From contig JBDRQF010000007.1 of the NCBI GenBank assembly GCA_043826435.1, forward strand, positions 973 through 64,972: a stretch of 64,000 bases of DNA. The letters run 5' to 3'. The position numbers and the translations under genes are program-made. How positions within the stretch are numbered: position 1 is the stretch's first letter; each line of letters begins with the position of its first letter. Shown in pieces: positions 38,272-50,713 of the stretch. Below the pieces are notes generated by a model that saw nothing but the letters and a program-made list of their open reading frames with translations, ran no database searches and had not been told where the DNA came from. The stretch comes from Elusimicrobiota bacterium (GTDB lineage Bacteria; Elusimicrobiota; Endomicrobiia; CG1-02-37-114; JAHJSO01).

Positions 38272-40920
38272 CTACCCGGTATGATTATTGTTGTTCACTT
38301 CTCCGATTATGTGGGCTATACCGGCGAGTTTATCCTCTTCCCCAAGACGGACAAGCCGCACACCCTGGACGTTTCTTCCTATAACCGAAATATCGTTAAC
38401 CGGCTGCCGTATGGTAATCCCGCCGGAGGTAATCAGCATAAGGTCGTCGCCCGGATTCGCCTTTTTTATTCCGACTACCTTACCGTTCCTGTTGGTCGTC
38501 TTTATGTTTATTACTCCCTTGCCGCCCCGCGACTGCAGGCGGTATTTGGAAATCGCCGTCCGCTTGCCGTAACCGTTCTCACAGGCGGTCAGTAAAATAT
38601 CTTCCGACGTCACCGCCTCCATACCCACCACCTCATCGCCCTTACCAAGGCGGATACCCCGGACCCCCTGCGTCGCCCTGCCCATACTTCTTATGTCCGT
38701 CTCCTTAAACCGTATTGATATGCCGTCTCTGGTCGCAATGATAACCTCGCTCTTGGCCGTCGTGCGCTTTACGGATATTAACGTATCGCCGGGATGCAGT
38801 TTTATGCCTATTATTCCGCTCTTGCGTATGTCGGAATAATCTCCCAGTTCCGTCTTTTTTACAAGCCCCTGCCGGGTGCACATCAGAAGGAATGATTTTC
38901 CCTCTTCTTCAAATGATTTTATCGGGATAGACGCTGTTATTTTTTCGTCGGCCGAGAGTTGCATAAGGTTCACAATCGCCTTGCCTTTTGAAATCCTTGA
39001 GCCCTCGGGTATCTCAAATACCCTCATGGAATACACCTTGCCCTTGTTCGTAAAGAACAGCATGTGGGCGTGGGTGTTGCTGACAAACATGTCCTCTATG
39101 AAATCCTCTTCCCTCGTGGTCATACCCGTTACGCCTCTACCGCCGCGGTGCTGCGCCCTGTAGGTTGAAATTGGTATTCTCTTGACATATCCCGCATGTG
39201 AAAGCAGAACCGCCACATCCTCTTCCTGGATGAGGTCTTCTATGTCCATCTCTACCAATTGGGCCTGTATCTTTGTGCGTCTCTCGTCCCCGTATTTTTC
39301 CTTCACTTCCTTCAGTTCCTGCTGGATAATGCCCGTTACCTTTTTGGGGTCCGCCAGCACTGATTTAAGCCGCTCAATGGTTTTGATAAGTTCAAGGTAT
39401 TCGTCTTCAATCTTTTTCCTTTCAAGTCCCGTCAGCTGGTGCAGGCGCATGTCAAGTATGGACTGTGCCTGTATTTTTGTGAAACCAAATTCGTCCATAA
39501 TCGCCGCGCGCGCCGCATCCACGTCCTTTGACTCTTTTATTATTTTGATGATTTTATTCAGGTTCTCAATCGCAATCCTTAACCCCTCAACGATGTGCGC
39601 CCTGTTCTCCGCCTTCTCAAGTTCAAACCTTGTCCTGCGGACAACTATTTCCCTCCGGTGATCAGTGTAACACTGCATCATGTCCTTCATTGGAAGGACA
39701 CGCGGCCGTCCGCCCACGAGGGCCAGCATGATCACGCCGAATGAAGTTTCAAGTTGCGTGTGCTTAAACAACTGGTTCAGCACGATGTTGGCGTTGCCGT
39801 CGCGTTTTACTTCTATAACGACCCGGATGCCGTCCCTGTCGCTCTCGTCCCTGATGTCCGAGATATCTTCCAGTTTCTTCTCTCTTACCAGTCCCGCTAT
39901 TGTCTCAAGCAACTGCGCCTTGTTCACCTGGTAGGGGAGTTCCCCTACAATTATCGCCTGCCTGCCTCCCTTTATATCCTCTATTTCCGCCTTCGCCCTG
40001 ATTTTAAAACTCCCCCTGCCGGTTTCAAAATAGTCCTTTATTCCCTGCCTGCCGCATATAATGCCTGCCGTCGGGAAATCAGGCCCTTTTATTATCTTCA
40101 TAAGTTCCTTGATATCAATGTCCGGGGTTTCCATATACGCAAGAATGCCGTCAACGACTTCACTCAGGTTGTGAGCCGGGATGTTTGTAGCCATGCCGAC
40201 GGCAATCCCGGAAGAGCCGTTTACCAGCAGGTTCGGGAGTTTTGAAGGGAGTACCAGCGGTTCCGTAAGAGAGTTGTCGTAGTTCGGCCCGAAGTCAACC
40301 GTGTTTCTGTCAATGTCGCCTAAAATTTCTTCCGATATCTGCTGCAGGCGGACCTCCGTGTAACGCATGGCAGCCGGCGGGTCGTTGTCAATTGAACCGA
40401 AATTTCCCTGGCCGTCAACCAGCGTATAACGAAGGGAAAAATCCTGCGCCATCCTGACCATTGAATCATATACGGCAACGTCGCCGTGCGGGTGAAATTT
40501 CCCGAGACACTCGCCCACCACGCGGGCTGACTTTTTATGTGCGGTGCTGTGGCGCAATCCCATTTCTTTCATCGTGTAGAGTATGCGGCGGTGTACCGGT
40601 TTGAGCCCGTCCCTGACGTCAGGCAGGGCACGGCCGACGATAACGCTCATTGCGTAGTCAATGTAAGACGTTTTCATCTCGTCTTCTATGTTACGGGGGT
40701 AGATACGCTCGCCCAGGGCAAGTTGAACGCCGTCTGGGGGGATTTTCGTGACATCGGATTTCTTGTCTGCGGGCGGGGTCTGAGCGTCTGGCTGGCGGCC
40801 GTTCTCGGCGGACTGATTTTCTGCCCGGGGTTTGTCTGTCTGCGGTTTCTCTGTCAGGTGTTTGTCGGGCCGAAGTGCGTCCGTATTATCTGATTTTTTT
40901 CTCGGTCGTCCTCGTGGCAT
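38272..40920 (-). CDS. gyrA: DNA gyrase subunit A with about 70-aa N-terminal extension
   Basis: [40 protein letters not shown] (catalytic Tyr), GyrA-box QHRGGRG in the CTD. Confidence 0.98.
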   Translation of the reverse strand: MPRGRPRKKSDNTDALRPDKHLTEKPQTDKPRAENQSAENGRQPDAQTPPADKKSDVTKIPPDGVQLALGERIYPRNIEDEMKTSYIDYAMSVIVGRALPDVRDGLKPVHRRILYTMKEMGLRHSTAHKKSARVVGECLGKFHPHGDVAVYDSMVRMAQDFSLRYTLVDGQGNFGSIDNDPPAAMRYTEVRLQQISEEILGDIDRNTVDFGPNYDNSLTEPLVLPSKLPNLLVNGSSGIAVGMATNIPAHNLSEVVDGILAYMETPDIDIKELMKIIKGPDFPTAGIICGRQGIKDYFETGRGSFKIRAKAEIEDIKGGRQAIIVGELPYQVNKAQLLETIAGLVREKKLEDISDIRDESDRDGIRVVIEVKRDGNANIVLNQLFKHTQLETSFGVIMLALVGGRPRVLPMKDMMQCYTDHRREIVVRRTRFELEKAENRAHIVEGLRIAIENLNKIIKIIKESKDVDAARAAIMDEFGFTKIQAQSILDMRLHQLTGLERKKIEDEYLELIKTIERLKSVLADPKKVTGIIQQELKEVKEKYGDERRTKIQAQLVEMDIEDLIQEEDVAVLLSHAGYVKRIPISTYRAQHRGGRGVTGMTTREEDFIEDMFVSNTHAHMLFFTNKGKVYSMRVFEIPEGSRISKGKAIVNLMQLSADEKITASIPIKSFEEEGKSFLLMCTRQGLVKKTELGDYSDIRKSGIIGIKLHPGDTLISVKRTTAKSEVIIATRDGISIRFKETDIRSMGRATQGVRGIRLGKGDEVVGMEAVTSEDILLTACENGYGKRTAISKYRLQSRGGKGVINIKTTNRNGKVVGIKKANPGDDLMLITSGGITIRQPVNDISVIGRNVQGVRLVRLGEEDKLAGIAHIIGEVNNNNHTG

Positions 40921-40967
40921 TTGTGAAGTTCCTTTCTAAGGTATATCTCTCGGCATTTTAGTTTCTT

Positions 40968-41192
40968 TCAAAAGTTTAAATAAAATTCCTTTGTCTTTTT
41001 GCAAATATCTTTTAAAAACTCTTTTTTTCTTTTATCGTCTGCTCCTGCATAATCAATGAGTAAACCCCTCAACCCAAAAAGCAATTCTCCCCTTAGCAAA
41101 TCCTTTCCTTTATATGGTGTACTCTTTGGCTTATTATAAATTACCTCGTTGCGCATAAAATTCCATTCTTTGCTTTTATTCAGATTTTCCAT
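40968..41192 (-). CDS. Small hypothetical protein, last gene of the RM cassette
   Basis: 74 aa; ATG abuts the upstream stop; AT-rich like the cassette. Confidence 0.55.
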   Translation of the reverse strand: MENLNKSKEWNFMRNEVIYNKPKSTPYKGKDLLRGELLFGLRGLLIDYAGADDKRKKEFLKDICKKTKEFYLNF

Positions 41193-41906
41193 TTATCTTG
41201 GTCTCTTCCGTTTTTCCGGTTTTCGCATAATGAACAAATACTTAAAACCCCTCAAATAAAAATTGTGTTCTCTTGCTAAATTGTGCCAGAGAGGCGTATT
41301 TGATGTTTGATTCTTTCTCGTTATACAAACAATGTCCATCGTGTCAAAATATTTAGAAAGCATCTGATATAACTTAAAACCAACCGGTGTAAATTTTTTC
41401 TTTTTCCACTGGTCTCCAATAAGCCATGCCATAACTTTTCCATATTTCAGAACACGAAATATTTCTTTTGTAGCTTTTTCTAATTCTTCAAAGAACTTTT
41501 CTTTTTCACAAGAAATCTTACCAATGCATGCGGGTTCATTGGAGTATTTTATATTATCCGAATATGGTGAATCGATAAAAACAAAATCCACTGAATTATC
41601 TTTTAATGGAATTTTTCTGGTATCATTTTTAATGATATCTTCTCTATAAGGTGCGATATCATATCCAACTGCCCTTCTTTCAAGTTCTTTTGCTACATCA
41701 ATTGTTGTTCCACTTCCGCACATCGGGTCAACAACCAAATCGCCTTCTTTTGTGTATCTCTGTAATAAGTTCCAAATAATAAAAGCAGGGGTAACTCCAT
41801 TGAATTTATTGTTTCCGTGCGGCTTATCGCCATAATTTTGCCTTGGAAAATCCCAAAGAGTAGTGGATTCTAATATTAATTGATTTTTTATTTTTTCTTG
41901 AACCAT
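41193..41906 (-). CDS. Small amino-methyltransferase (N4/N6 DNA MTase-like or TRM11-like)
   Basis: STTLWDFP, VVDPMCGSGTT (motif I), FIDSPY (motif IV variant), IFRVLK. Confidence 0.82.
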   Translation of the reverse strand: MVQEKIKNQLILESTTLWDFPRQNYGDKPHGNNKFNGVTPAFIIWNLLQRYTKEGDLVVDPMCGSGTTIDVAKELERRAVGYDIAPYREDIIKNDTRKIPLKDNSVDFVFIDSPYSDNIKYSNEPACIGKISCEKEKFFEELEKATKEIFRVLKYGKVMAWLIGDQWKKKKFTPVGFKLYQMLSKYFDTMDIVCITRKNQTSNTPLWHNLAREHNFYLRGFKYLFIMRKPEKRKRPR

Positions 41907-42607
41907 TTGTCAAAAATTGAATCCAAATCATCAAAAATTTTATTAAAATGTTTTACTTTTTTGCTCTCTGGAATCTCTTTAAAAATATATGCTCCATCCA
42001 ATTCGCCGAACTCAACTATTATTCTATTTCTACTAATATCCTTACCAACATCTTTGAAATCATCATCTTTATCAGATGAAACTAAATAACACACTATATT
42101 TTTAGTAATATTCCCACTTTGTAATTTTATTTTCCAATACGCAGCCTGTGCAACCCTTTCCCTCAAACTTGCTTTACAAGAAAGCACTGCAATAACTTTA
42201 AAGTTTAATTTATCATAAATAATTATATCAGCATCGGGTACGATAGAATAATTTGCATAAAGAATTTCAATATTTTTCCTTACTTTCTCCAATTCAGGAC
42301 TAAGTTTATCTCTTCTTAGAGTATCGTCATTTGTAACAGCGGCCATGTCATTCTTTGCATCTTTTATAAAATCTTCAACAATGTAATAAATTAACTTCTG
42401 GAAATTTTTTCCACTCCAAGCATTCCAAGATTGATTAGCATCTTTGCCTTGCTTTTTAGCCCTTTTTATATATTTATCATGGATATCAGAAAAAATATTA
42501 GCAACAAATCCAAAATCATTCTTACCAGCCAATGATTTCTTTTCCTTATAAATTTCTTCTACTTCTTTGAATGTTATCACGGGTGGTCCCCTTTTTTTCT
42601 TCTTCAT
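41888..42607 (-). CDS. Type II restriction endonuclease, BsaWI/Cfr10I-like PD-(D/E)XK
   Basis: WNAWSGKNFQ, IVPDADIIIY, SCKASLRERVAQAAYW. Confidence 0.78.
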   Translation of the reverse strand: MKKKKRGPPVITFKEVEEIYKEKKSLAGKNDFGFVANIFSDIHDKYIKRAKKQGKDANQSWNAWSGKNFQKLIYYIVEDFIKDAKNDMAAVTNDDTLRRDKLSPELEKVRKNIEILYANYSIVPDADIIIYDKLNFKVIAVLSCKASLRERVAQAAYWKIKLQSGNITKNIVCYLVSSDKDDDFKDVGKDISRNRIIVEFGELDGAYIFKEIPESKKVKHFNKIFDDLDSIFDKWFKKK

Positions 42608-43914
42608 ACTTTCTCCATTATAATTATGTATTCAGTCGGATATGCTAATATTTTTTTGTGATTACTTGACGAAGTAAACTGTCCTGTTTTAGGGTCGCGG
42701 GTTGAAGGTAAATTTTTTGAGGGAATTTCTCTTTTTATTATTTTATGAATTTCAAAACCAATGTTTTGCATTTGCTCCGCAAAGACCTCTGCATTTGGAA
42801 CATCTACACCACAAAATGAGGTATCTCCAATAACTATGCACGCCTTACCTCCAACTCTTAATACACGGTACATCTCAATAAAACATTCTCTCATTTCCCC
42901 AAAATACATTGCCACTTCTTCGCTTTTTTTACTGTCTTTTTCTTTTAATTTTTTTATACAAGTCCGTCCTATCTCACTATCAATTTCCAAATTTCTTTTA
43001 TTATGATGTGCCGTCCCAATAAATTTTTTTCTAAATTCCGTTAAACTATCGGTATATTCAAGCCATAACGCTGTCAATTGATGTAAGTCAGCATATTCAT
43101 AAGATGTTACATAGGGTGGCGAAGTAACTACTAAACTTGCTTTTTCATCCTCAACAGGAAGTTTTCTTGCATCCTGACATTTTACAACAGCCCCGCACCC
43201 ATTTGGTATTGTAGCATAAAATTCGGCATTTTTTTTCATCATAGACCTTATTTGTTTTTTGAAAACTTCTATCGGCTCTGTCGGTACCTTATCAAAATCC
43301 CTTGTTGGTTTATTGCTTTTCTGAAGCCATATTGAACAATTTTTAAGAATATTTGAAAACCCACATAAAAAAAACATTTTAATTCCACAATTTTTTATCT
43401 TATTTATATTTGAAAAAATAACTGCTAATTTCTCTTTTGTTCTCTTTGGAAACCAATAATCAATTCTTTCATTTTGAGGTAATTTAACGTTTTTTGTCTT
43501 CTCAATATTTACAAGTAAAGAATCAAATTCTACTGCTACTTTATCGGGTTTTATTGGAATTGTTTTTGCTTTTGATATCAACCATGCAACAAGATTTATA
43601 TCAACACCAATACCAATTCGTTCTGACATTATTGCTTCAACTACTGTTGTCCCGGAACCCATAAACGGGTCAACTACAATATTACCAACATTTGTATATT
43701 CCTCTATTAGCCGTCTTGCAAGTTGAGGAATAAACTTTGCTGGATAACGATGATAGCCATGAGTAATATAAGCAGTATCCTTACGGGTACAATCTGAAAA
43801 TGACCAGGTATAATCAACTCTTGTTTTAGCAAACAATTTTAATATATCAAACGATAATAATTTGGCTTTTTTGGAAATATTTAAAGTTGTGTCTGTTGGA
43901 TAATTATTTAACAT
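42604..43914 (-). CDS. N4-cytosine DNA methyltransferase
   Basis: THGYHRYPAKFIPQL, VVDPFMGSGTT (motif I), VVTSPPY (SPPY motif IV), YRVLR. Confidence 0.9.
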   Translation of the reverse strand: MLNNYPTDTTLNISKKAKLLSFDILKLFAKTRVDYTWSFSDCTRKDTAYITHGYHRYPAKFIPQLARRLIEEYTNVGNIVVDPFMGSGTTVVEAIMSERIGIGVDINLVAWLISKAKTIPIKPDKVAVEFDSLLVNIEKTKNVKLPQNERIDYWFPKRTKEKLAVIFSNINKIKNCGIKMFFLCGFSNILKNCSIWLQKSNKPTRDFDKVPTEPIEVFKKQIRSMMKKNAEFYATIPNGCGAVVKCQDARKLPVEDEKASLVVTSPPYVTSYEYADLHQLTALWLEYTDSLTEFRKKFIGTAHHNKRNLEIDSEIGRTCIKKLKEKDSKKSEEVAMYFGEMRECFIEMYRVLRVGGKACIVIGDTSFCGVDVPNAEVFAEQMQNIGFEIHKIIKREIPSKNLPSTRDPKTGQFTSSSNHKKILAYPTEYIIIMEKV

Positions 43915-43918
43915 TTTT

Positions 43919-46689
<2,771 letters not shown>

Positions 46690-46697
46690 TGGACTAT

Positions 46698-47810
46698 TTA
46701 TACCCTCATCGGCATTATAACGTTCAGATAATTTTCGTCTCCCACCGCTTTCACAACGCACGCATCAATGGGGCCGTTAATTTCAAATATAACCTCCTGC
46801 TCCGAAATATTCTTCAGTATGTCTATTATAAAAATATGGTTAAAAGCAATTTCCAATGGCGGGGCGGAGTAGTCAATTTCTATTTCAACGTCCGCGCTAC
46901 CCAGTTCTTGCGTCTTTGTTGAGACGTTCAGCAGGTTTTTGTCAAATGCAAATTTTACAGACCCGCCTTTTTCCTGCGTAAGGAGAGCGACCTGCCTGGT
47001 CGCTTGGAGAAGGTCTTTCGACTTCACCTTAATTGTTTGCTGGCATTTCTTTGGAATCACCTGTTCATAATTCGGGAAATTGCCTTCAAGCAGGCGCGAT
47101 ATAAGGGTGATGTCTTCCGTCTGAAACGACGCCTGGTTTCCCGTAATGCTGATTTTTATTTCATTGCTGTCCCCGATTGAAAGTATCCTGACAAGTTCAT
47201 TGGTCGCTTTTGAAGGGATTATCGCTTTTGAAATCGTCTTGCTCCCTTTTGCGGGCCTCGTAATGTAAGAGAGCCGTTTACCGTCGGTGGCGACAAATAT
47301 TATCTTCTCCGATTCAATTATTATGTATATGCCAGTCAGGATATACCTCGTGTCGTCCATTGATGCGGCAAAGGATATTTTCTTTATCATTTCTTTCATT
47401 GTTTCCGTTTCAACCGTAATTGCTTTTTCTTCTACGAACCCGGGGAGCGTCGGGAACTGTTCTATTGCGGTGCCGAAAAGCACAAAATGCGATTTACCCG
47501 CCCTGATGTCTATCTGGTTCTTCTCATCAACCTTAAGTTCTATTTTATCGTTCTTGTCAGGCAGTTCCTTTATTATGTTTGCAAACTTTTTTGCAGGGAT
47601 GGTTACCCCGCCCTCTTTTTTTATGTCGGTTGCGACGTAACATCGCACGGCAATTTCAAGGTCAGTCGTGACGAGTTTTAGCCGGTTGCTTTCTTTTTCG
47701 GTCTCAAGGAGTATGTTTGCAAGGACCGGTAAGGTTACTCTTGAAGAAACTGCCGCTTCCACGATCTGAATGCCTTTAAGTAATTCTTCCCTGTTACAGA
47801 TGAGATGCAT
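46698..47810 (-). CDS. dnaN: DNA polymerase III beta clamp
   Basis: TLPVLANILLE, TTDLEIA, ATDGKRL, SRLLEGNFPNYEQVIP, IAFN, VIMPMR. Confidence 0.98.
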   Translation of the reverse strand: MHLICNREELLKGIQIVEAAVSSRVTLPVLANILLETEKESNRLKLVTTDLEIAVRCYVATDIKKEGGVTIPAKKFANIIKELPDKNDKIELKVDEKNQIDIRAGKSHFVLFGTAIEQFPTLPGFVEEKAITVETETMKEMIKKISFAASMDDTRYILTGIYIIIESEKIIFVATDGKRLSYITRPAKGSKTISKAIIPSKATNELVRILSIGDSNEIKISITGNQASFQTEDITLISRLLEGNFPNYEQVIPKKCQQTIKVKSKDLLQATRQVALLTQEKGGSVKFAFDKNLLNVSTKTQELGSADVEIEIDYSAPPLEIAFNHIFIIDILKNISEQEVIFEINGPIDACVVKAVGDENYLNVIMPMRV

Positions 47811-47818
47811 TTTAGACT

Positions 47819-47960
47819 CCCCAAGCGTGCGTTAATTGGTTAGTGCTTTCGCAACGCTTTTTAAGTTGGTAATAACAATTAATAAAACATTCATTTGGTT
47901 GTTTATTTCGCCCCAAGCGTGCGTTAATTGGTTAGTGCTTTCGCAACGCTTTTTAAGTTG
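47819..47960. repeat. Perfect 50-bp direct duplication (47819-47868, 47911-47960) with a 42-bp AT-rich spacer, immediately upstream of dnaN
   Basis: ccccaagcgtgcgttaattggttagtgctttcgcaacgctttttaagttg x2. Confidence 0.97.
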
Positions 47961-48002
47961 AATATTTTCGCTCTATTTTTTGTTTTCATATATCTTTTAT
48001 TA

Positions 48003-48150
48003 TTATATATATAGTAGTCGTATATAGTAGTATGACTGAATTTGTGTGAAACTTCTGCGAAGTTTTAAAAATAAGTCAAAAATGTATGCAAAAGCCCGCA
48101 CAATGAAAGTATAACTTAAAGTGGAAAACCCTCCGGACTTATTCACACTA
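48003..48150 (-). other. Putative oriC unwinding region (DnaA-trio-like tract, degenerate DnaA boxes)
   Basis: Minus strand TTTCACACA, 10 nt, then TACTACTATATACGACTACTATATATA and an AT-rich run; TTATTCACA at about 48139. Confidence 0.6.
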
Positions 48151-48225
48151 TTCCTCAAGGAATCCCTCTGTCCACCGTTTTGCAAAGTTATTAACCTGGT
48201 ATTAACAAAAGGAATATTACCCGGT

Positions 48226-49587
48226 TTAATCCTCGGATTTTATATCCTTTATTATCATATTTATCTTTTCTGAAAAGAACGGGTTTGTTTTCACCAGTCC
48301 CTGAATCTTGTTACAGGCATGTAAAACAGTCGTATGATCCTTGCCCCCGAAACACCCCCCTATTTCCTTGCTTGAAAGTTCAGTAAAATTTCTGGCAAGG
48401 TACATCGCTATCTGGCGGGGCAGGGCGATGGCATCCGTGCGTTTTCTGGAACGCATATCCCTTGGGTCAATATGATAATGCCTGGAAACTATTTTCTGTA
48501 TCTTTTCAGGGGTTATCGGTTTTTGCGTTTCTTCCCTGCTTATTATGTCGTTTATAATCTCCTTTGTCGTGTCCACGGTCAAAGGGGTGCCGGTAAGAGA
48601 GGAGAATGCCACTATTCTTATAAGGGAGCCCTCCAGTTTCCTTATGTTGGATTTTATCTGACCGGCCAGGTAGAGTATTACGTCGTCGGGGACATAGATT
48701 TTTTCCACCTCCGCCTTTTTACGGAGTATTGCAATCCTGGTTTCAAGGTCGGGAGGTTTTATGTCCGCTATGACGCCCCATTCAAGGCGGCTCCGGAGGC
48801 GTTCTTCAACGTTTGCCAGTTCTTCCGGGGCCTGGTCGCTTGTTATTACTATCTGTTTTTTCTCGTCGTACAGAGCGTTGAACGTGTAAAAAAATTCTTC
48901 CTGGGAACGCTGCTTGTCAACCAGAAACTGTATGTCGTCTATGAGGAGGCAGTCCAGTTTCCTGAACCTGTTCCTGAATGATGCTGGCTTGTCGTATTTC
49001 AGGGAGTCAATGAATTCGTTTATGAATTTTTCCGATGTGATGTAAAGGATTTTTGCTCTCGGGTTGTTCCGGAGGACCCTGTTGCCGATTGCGTGCAGGA
49101 GATGGGTCTTACCGAGTCCGACTCCGCCATAGATGAATATCGGGTTGTATTCTTTGCCGGGGTTGTTTGACGCAGCCAGGCAGGACGCCTTGGCGAACCT
49201 GTTTGAGGGACCTTCAACGAAGGTATCAAAAGTATATTTCTGGTTGAATGATGTCTCTGCAAGCGGCATTACCTCGCTGATGTCTTCCGTAGGCGGTTCC
49301 TGCGCCGTTGTTTTTGATATTATTGAATCCAGTTCCTGCAGGTGTTTAAACTCCAGTTCTGATTTTTGCCCGATAAGTTCAGTTATTATATTTTCAACGT
49401 TCTTCTTATGTTTCTGGACAAACCAGTCGGAAAAGAATTTATTTGGCGCCTGTATTATGAGTTTGTTTTCCGTAAGAGACAGGGGTTTGAGGGGTTTTAT
49501 CCACAGGTCAAACGACTCCTTTGTTAACTGTTCAGTCAGGTAGTTTAAAATTTTTTCCCAGACGGGATCAAGGGTTACGTTTTCCAT
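48226..49587 (-). CDS. dnaA: Chromosomal replication initiator DnaA
   Basis: YTFDTFVEGPSNRFA, YNPIFIYGGVGLGKTHL, LLIDDIQF, RLRSRLEWG, NIRKLEG, GGKDHTTV. Confidence 0.99.
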   Translation of the reverse strand: MENVTLDPVWEKILNYLTEQLTKESFDLWIKPLKPLSLTENKLIIQAPNKFFSDWFVQKHKKNVENIITELIGQKSELEFKHLQELDSIISKTTAQEPPTEDISEVMPLAETSFNQKYTFDTFVEGPSNRFAKASCLAASNNPGKEYNPIFIYGGVGLGKTHLLHAIGNRVLRNNPRAKILYITSEKFINEFIDSLKYDKPASFRNRFRKLDCLLIDDIQFLVDKQRSQEEFFYTFNALYDEKKQIVITSDQAPEELANVEERLRSRLEWGVIADIKPPDLETRIAILRKKAEVEKIYVPDDVILYLAGQIKSNIRKLEGSLIRIVAFSSLTGTPLTVDTTKEIINDIISREETQKPITPEKIQKIVSRHYHIDPRDMRSRKRTDAIALPRQIAMYLARNFTELSSKEIGGCFGGKDHTTVLHACNKIQGLVKTNPFFSEKINMIIKDIKSED

Positions 49588-49595
49588 GGCGTGGC

Positions 49596-49712
49596 CAAGT
49601 TATCCACAGGGTTATCCACACCGGTGGATAACTTATTGTGGAATACGTGTGAACAGTTCTTTTATCTTTATTTGCTATATTTTGTTATATTTGTGTTAAA
49701 TTGTTATGTATA
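49596..49712. promoter_or_regulatory. DnaA-box cluster plus AT-rich tract upstream of dnaA (oriC / dnaA autoregulation)
   Basis: Perfect TTATCCACA at 49600 and 49612; near matches GGTGGATAA 49623, TGTGGAATA 49637, TGTGAACAG 49648; T/A-rich 49656-49712. Confidence 0.88.
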
Positions 49713-49810
49713 GGACACAGAAAACGAACACGAAAGCCCTGCCGGCGCGTATCCCGGTATGGAGAACGAACCGGTAATCAGGACCACAGAAAACATCTCC
49801 GGATAGTATA

Positions 49811-50713
49811 TCAAATTTTTCTTTTTAAGTCAAGAGATAGTGAAAAAAATTTTTCGGGAGAAATTTCTTCAGGCCTGGCGGATGGATTGATTTCGTTCCT
49901 TGCGAACGCTTCTCTCAGCAGTTGTTCAACGGGAACTCTTCCCGCAGCCGCAGGTAAAACCCATGGTGTCCGCAGGGATATCTTCAGGGAGTTAAGCATT
50001 GTTTTTCTCCTGTGGGTGAATGCGCCTCTGATTAATTTAAACATGACGCCGGAAACCGAGAGTTGCCGTTTTGAAAGCGGCCTGCGTTTCAGCATTATAA
50101 CGGTTGAGTCAACCGACGGGACAGGACGAAAACAATGTCTTGAAACATTGAAAAGTTTTTTTGCTTCTGCATAAAAATGTACGAACAAGGTCAGTGAAGA
50201 ATACTGTTTTGTCCCCGGTTTTGAGAATATCCTGTCTGCGAACTCTTTCTGGACCATAAATACGGCGACGGACCAGTTTTTCATCATCAGGACCTTTTCA
50301 ATGATAGGGGATGAGATGTAATAGGGGAGATTTGAAATAAATTTTATACAGGGAGCGGGTGCGTGGCTATGCGACGTTGTTTTGCGGCTATAGGGTTGAA
50401 GGTGTTTTGCAAGCGCGCCTGTCTTTAGTTTAAGAAAATCCGAATTTATTAAAATGAAATTTTTGGAGATTTGAGAAATTTTTTTTTCAAGCAGGCGGCA
50501 GAGAGACGAATCTATTTCTATGGCGATGAGTTTTCCGGCTTTAGGCAGGAGCCGCTGCGTTAGCACCCCTTGTCCCGGGCCGATTTCTATAACGGTGTCT
50601 GATGGCGATATCTCTGCTGAATTAACAATTTTATCGGCGATGTTTGCGTCTATCAGAAATGTCTGTCCGTATCTATTAATTTTTTCGCTGCCCCCCTTTT
50701 TCCCGCTGGTCAT
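49811..50713 (-). CDS. rsmA: 16S rRNA dimethyladenosine transferase RsmA/KsgA (likely start 50713)
   Basis: [52 protein letters not shown]. Confidence 0.95.
   Translation of the reverse strand: MTSGKKGGSEKINRYGQTFLIDANIADKIVNSAEISPSDTVIEIGPGQGVLTQRLLPKAGKLIAIEIDSSLCRLLEKKISQISKNFILINSDFLKLKTGALAKHLQPYSRKTTSHSHAPAPCIKFISNLPYYISSPIIEKVLMMKNWSVAVFMVQKEFADRIFSKPGTKQYSSLTLFVHFYAEAKKLFNVSRHCFRPVPSVDSTVIMLKRRPLSKRQLSVSGVMFKLIRGAFTHRRKTMLNSLKISLRTPWVLPAAAGRVPVEQLLREAFARNEINPSARPEEISPEKFFSLSLDLKRKI

Noticed and set aside
47819-47960. Two 50-bp repeats with a 42-bp spacer as a minimal CRISPR array
   Set aside because: Only two units, no cas genes, the repeat overlaps the dnaN RBS and belongs to a dispersed hairpin family
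49709-49718. TATAGGACAC beside oriC matches the repeats after fic (5441, 5464)
   Set aside because: A single 10-mer match in 64 kb on two strands is plausible by chance; flanks differ
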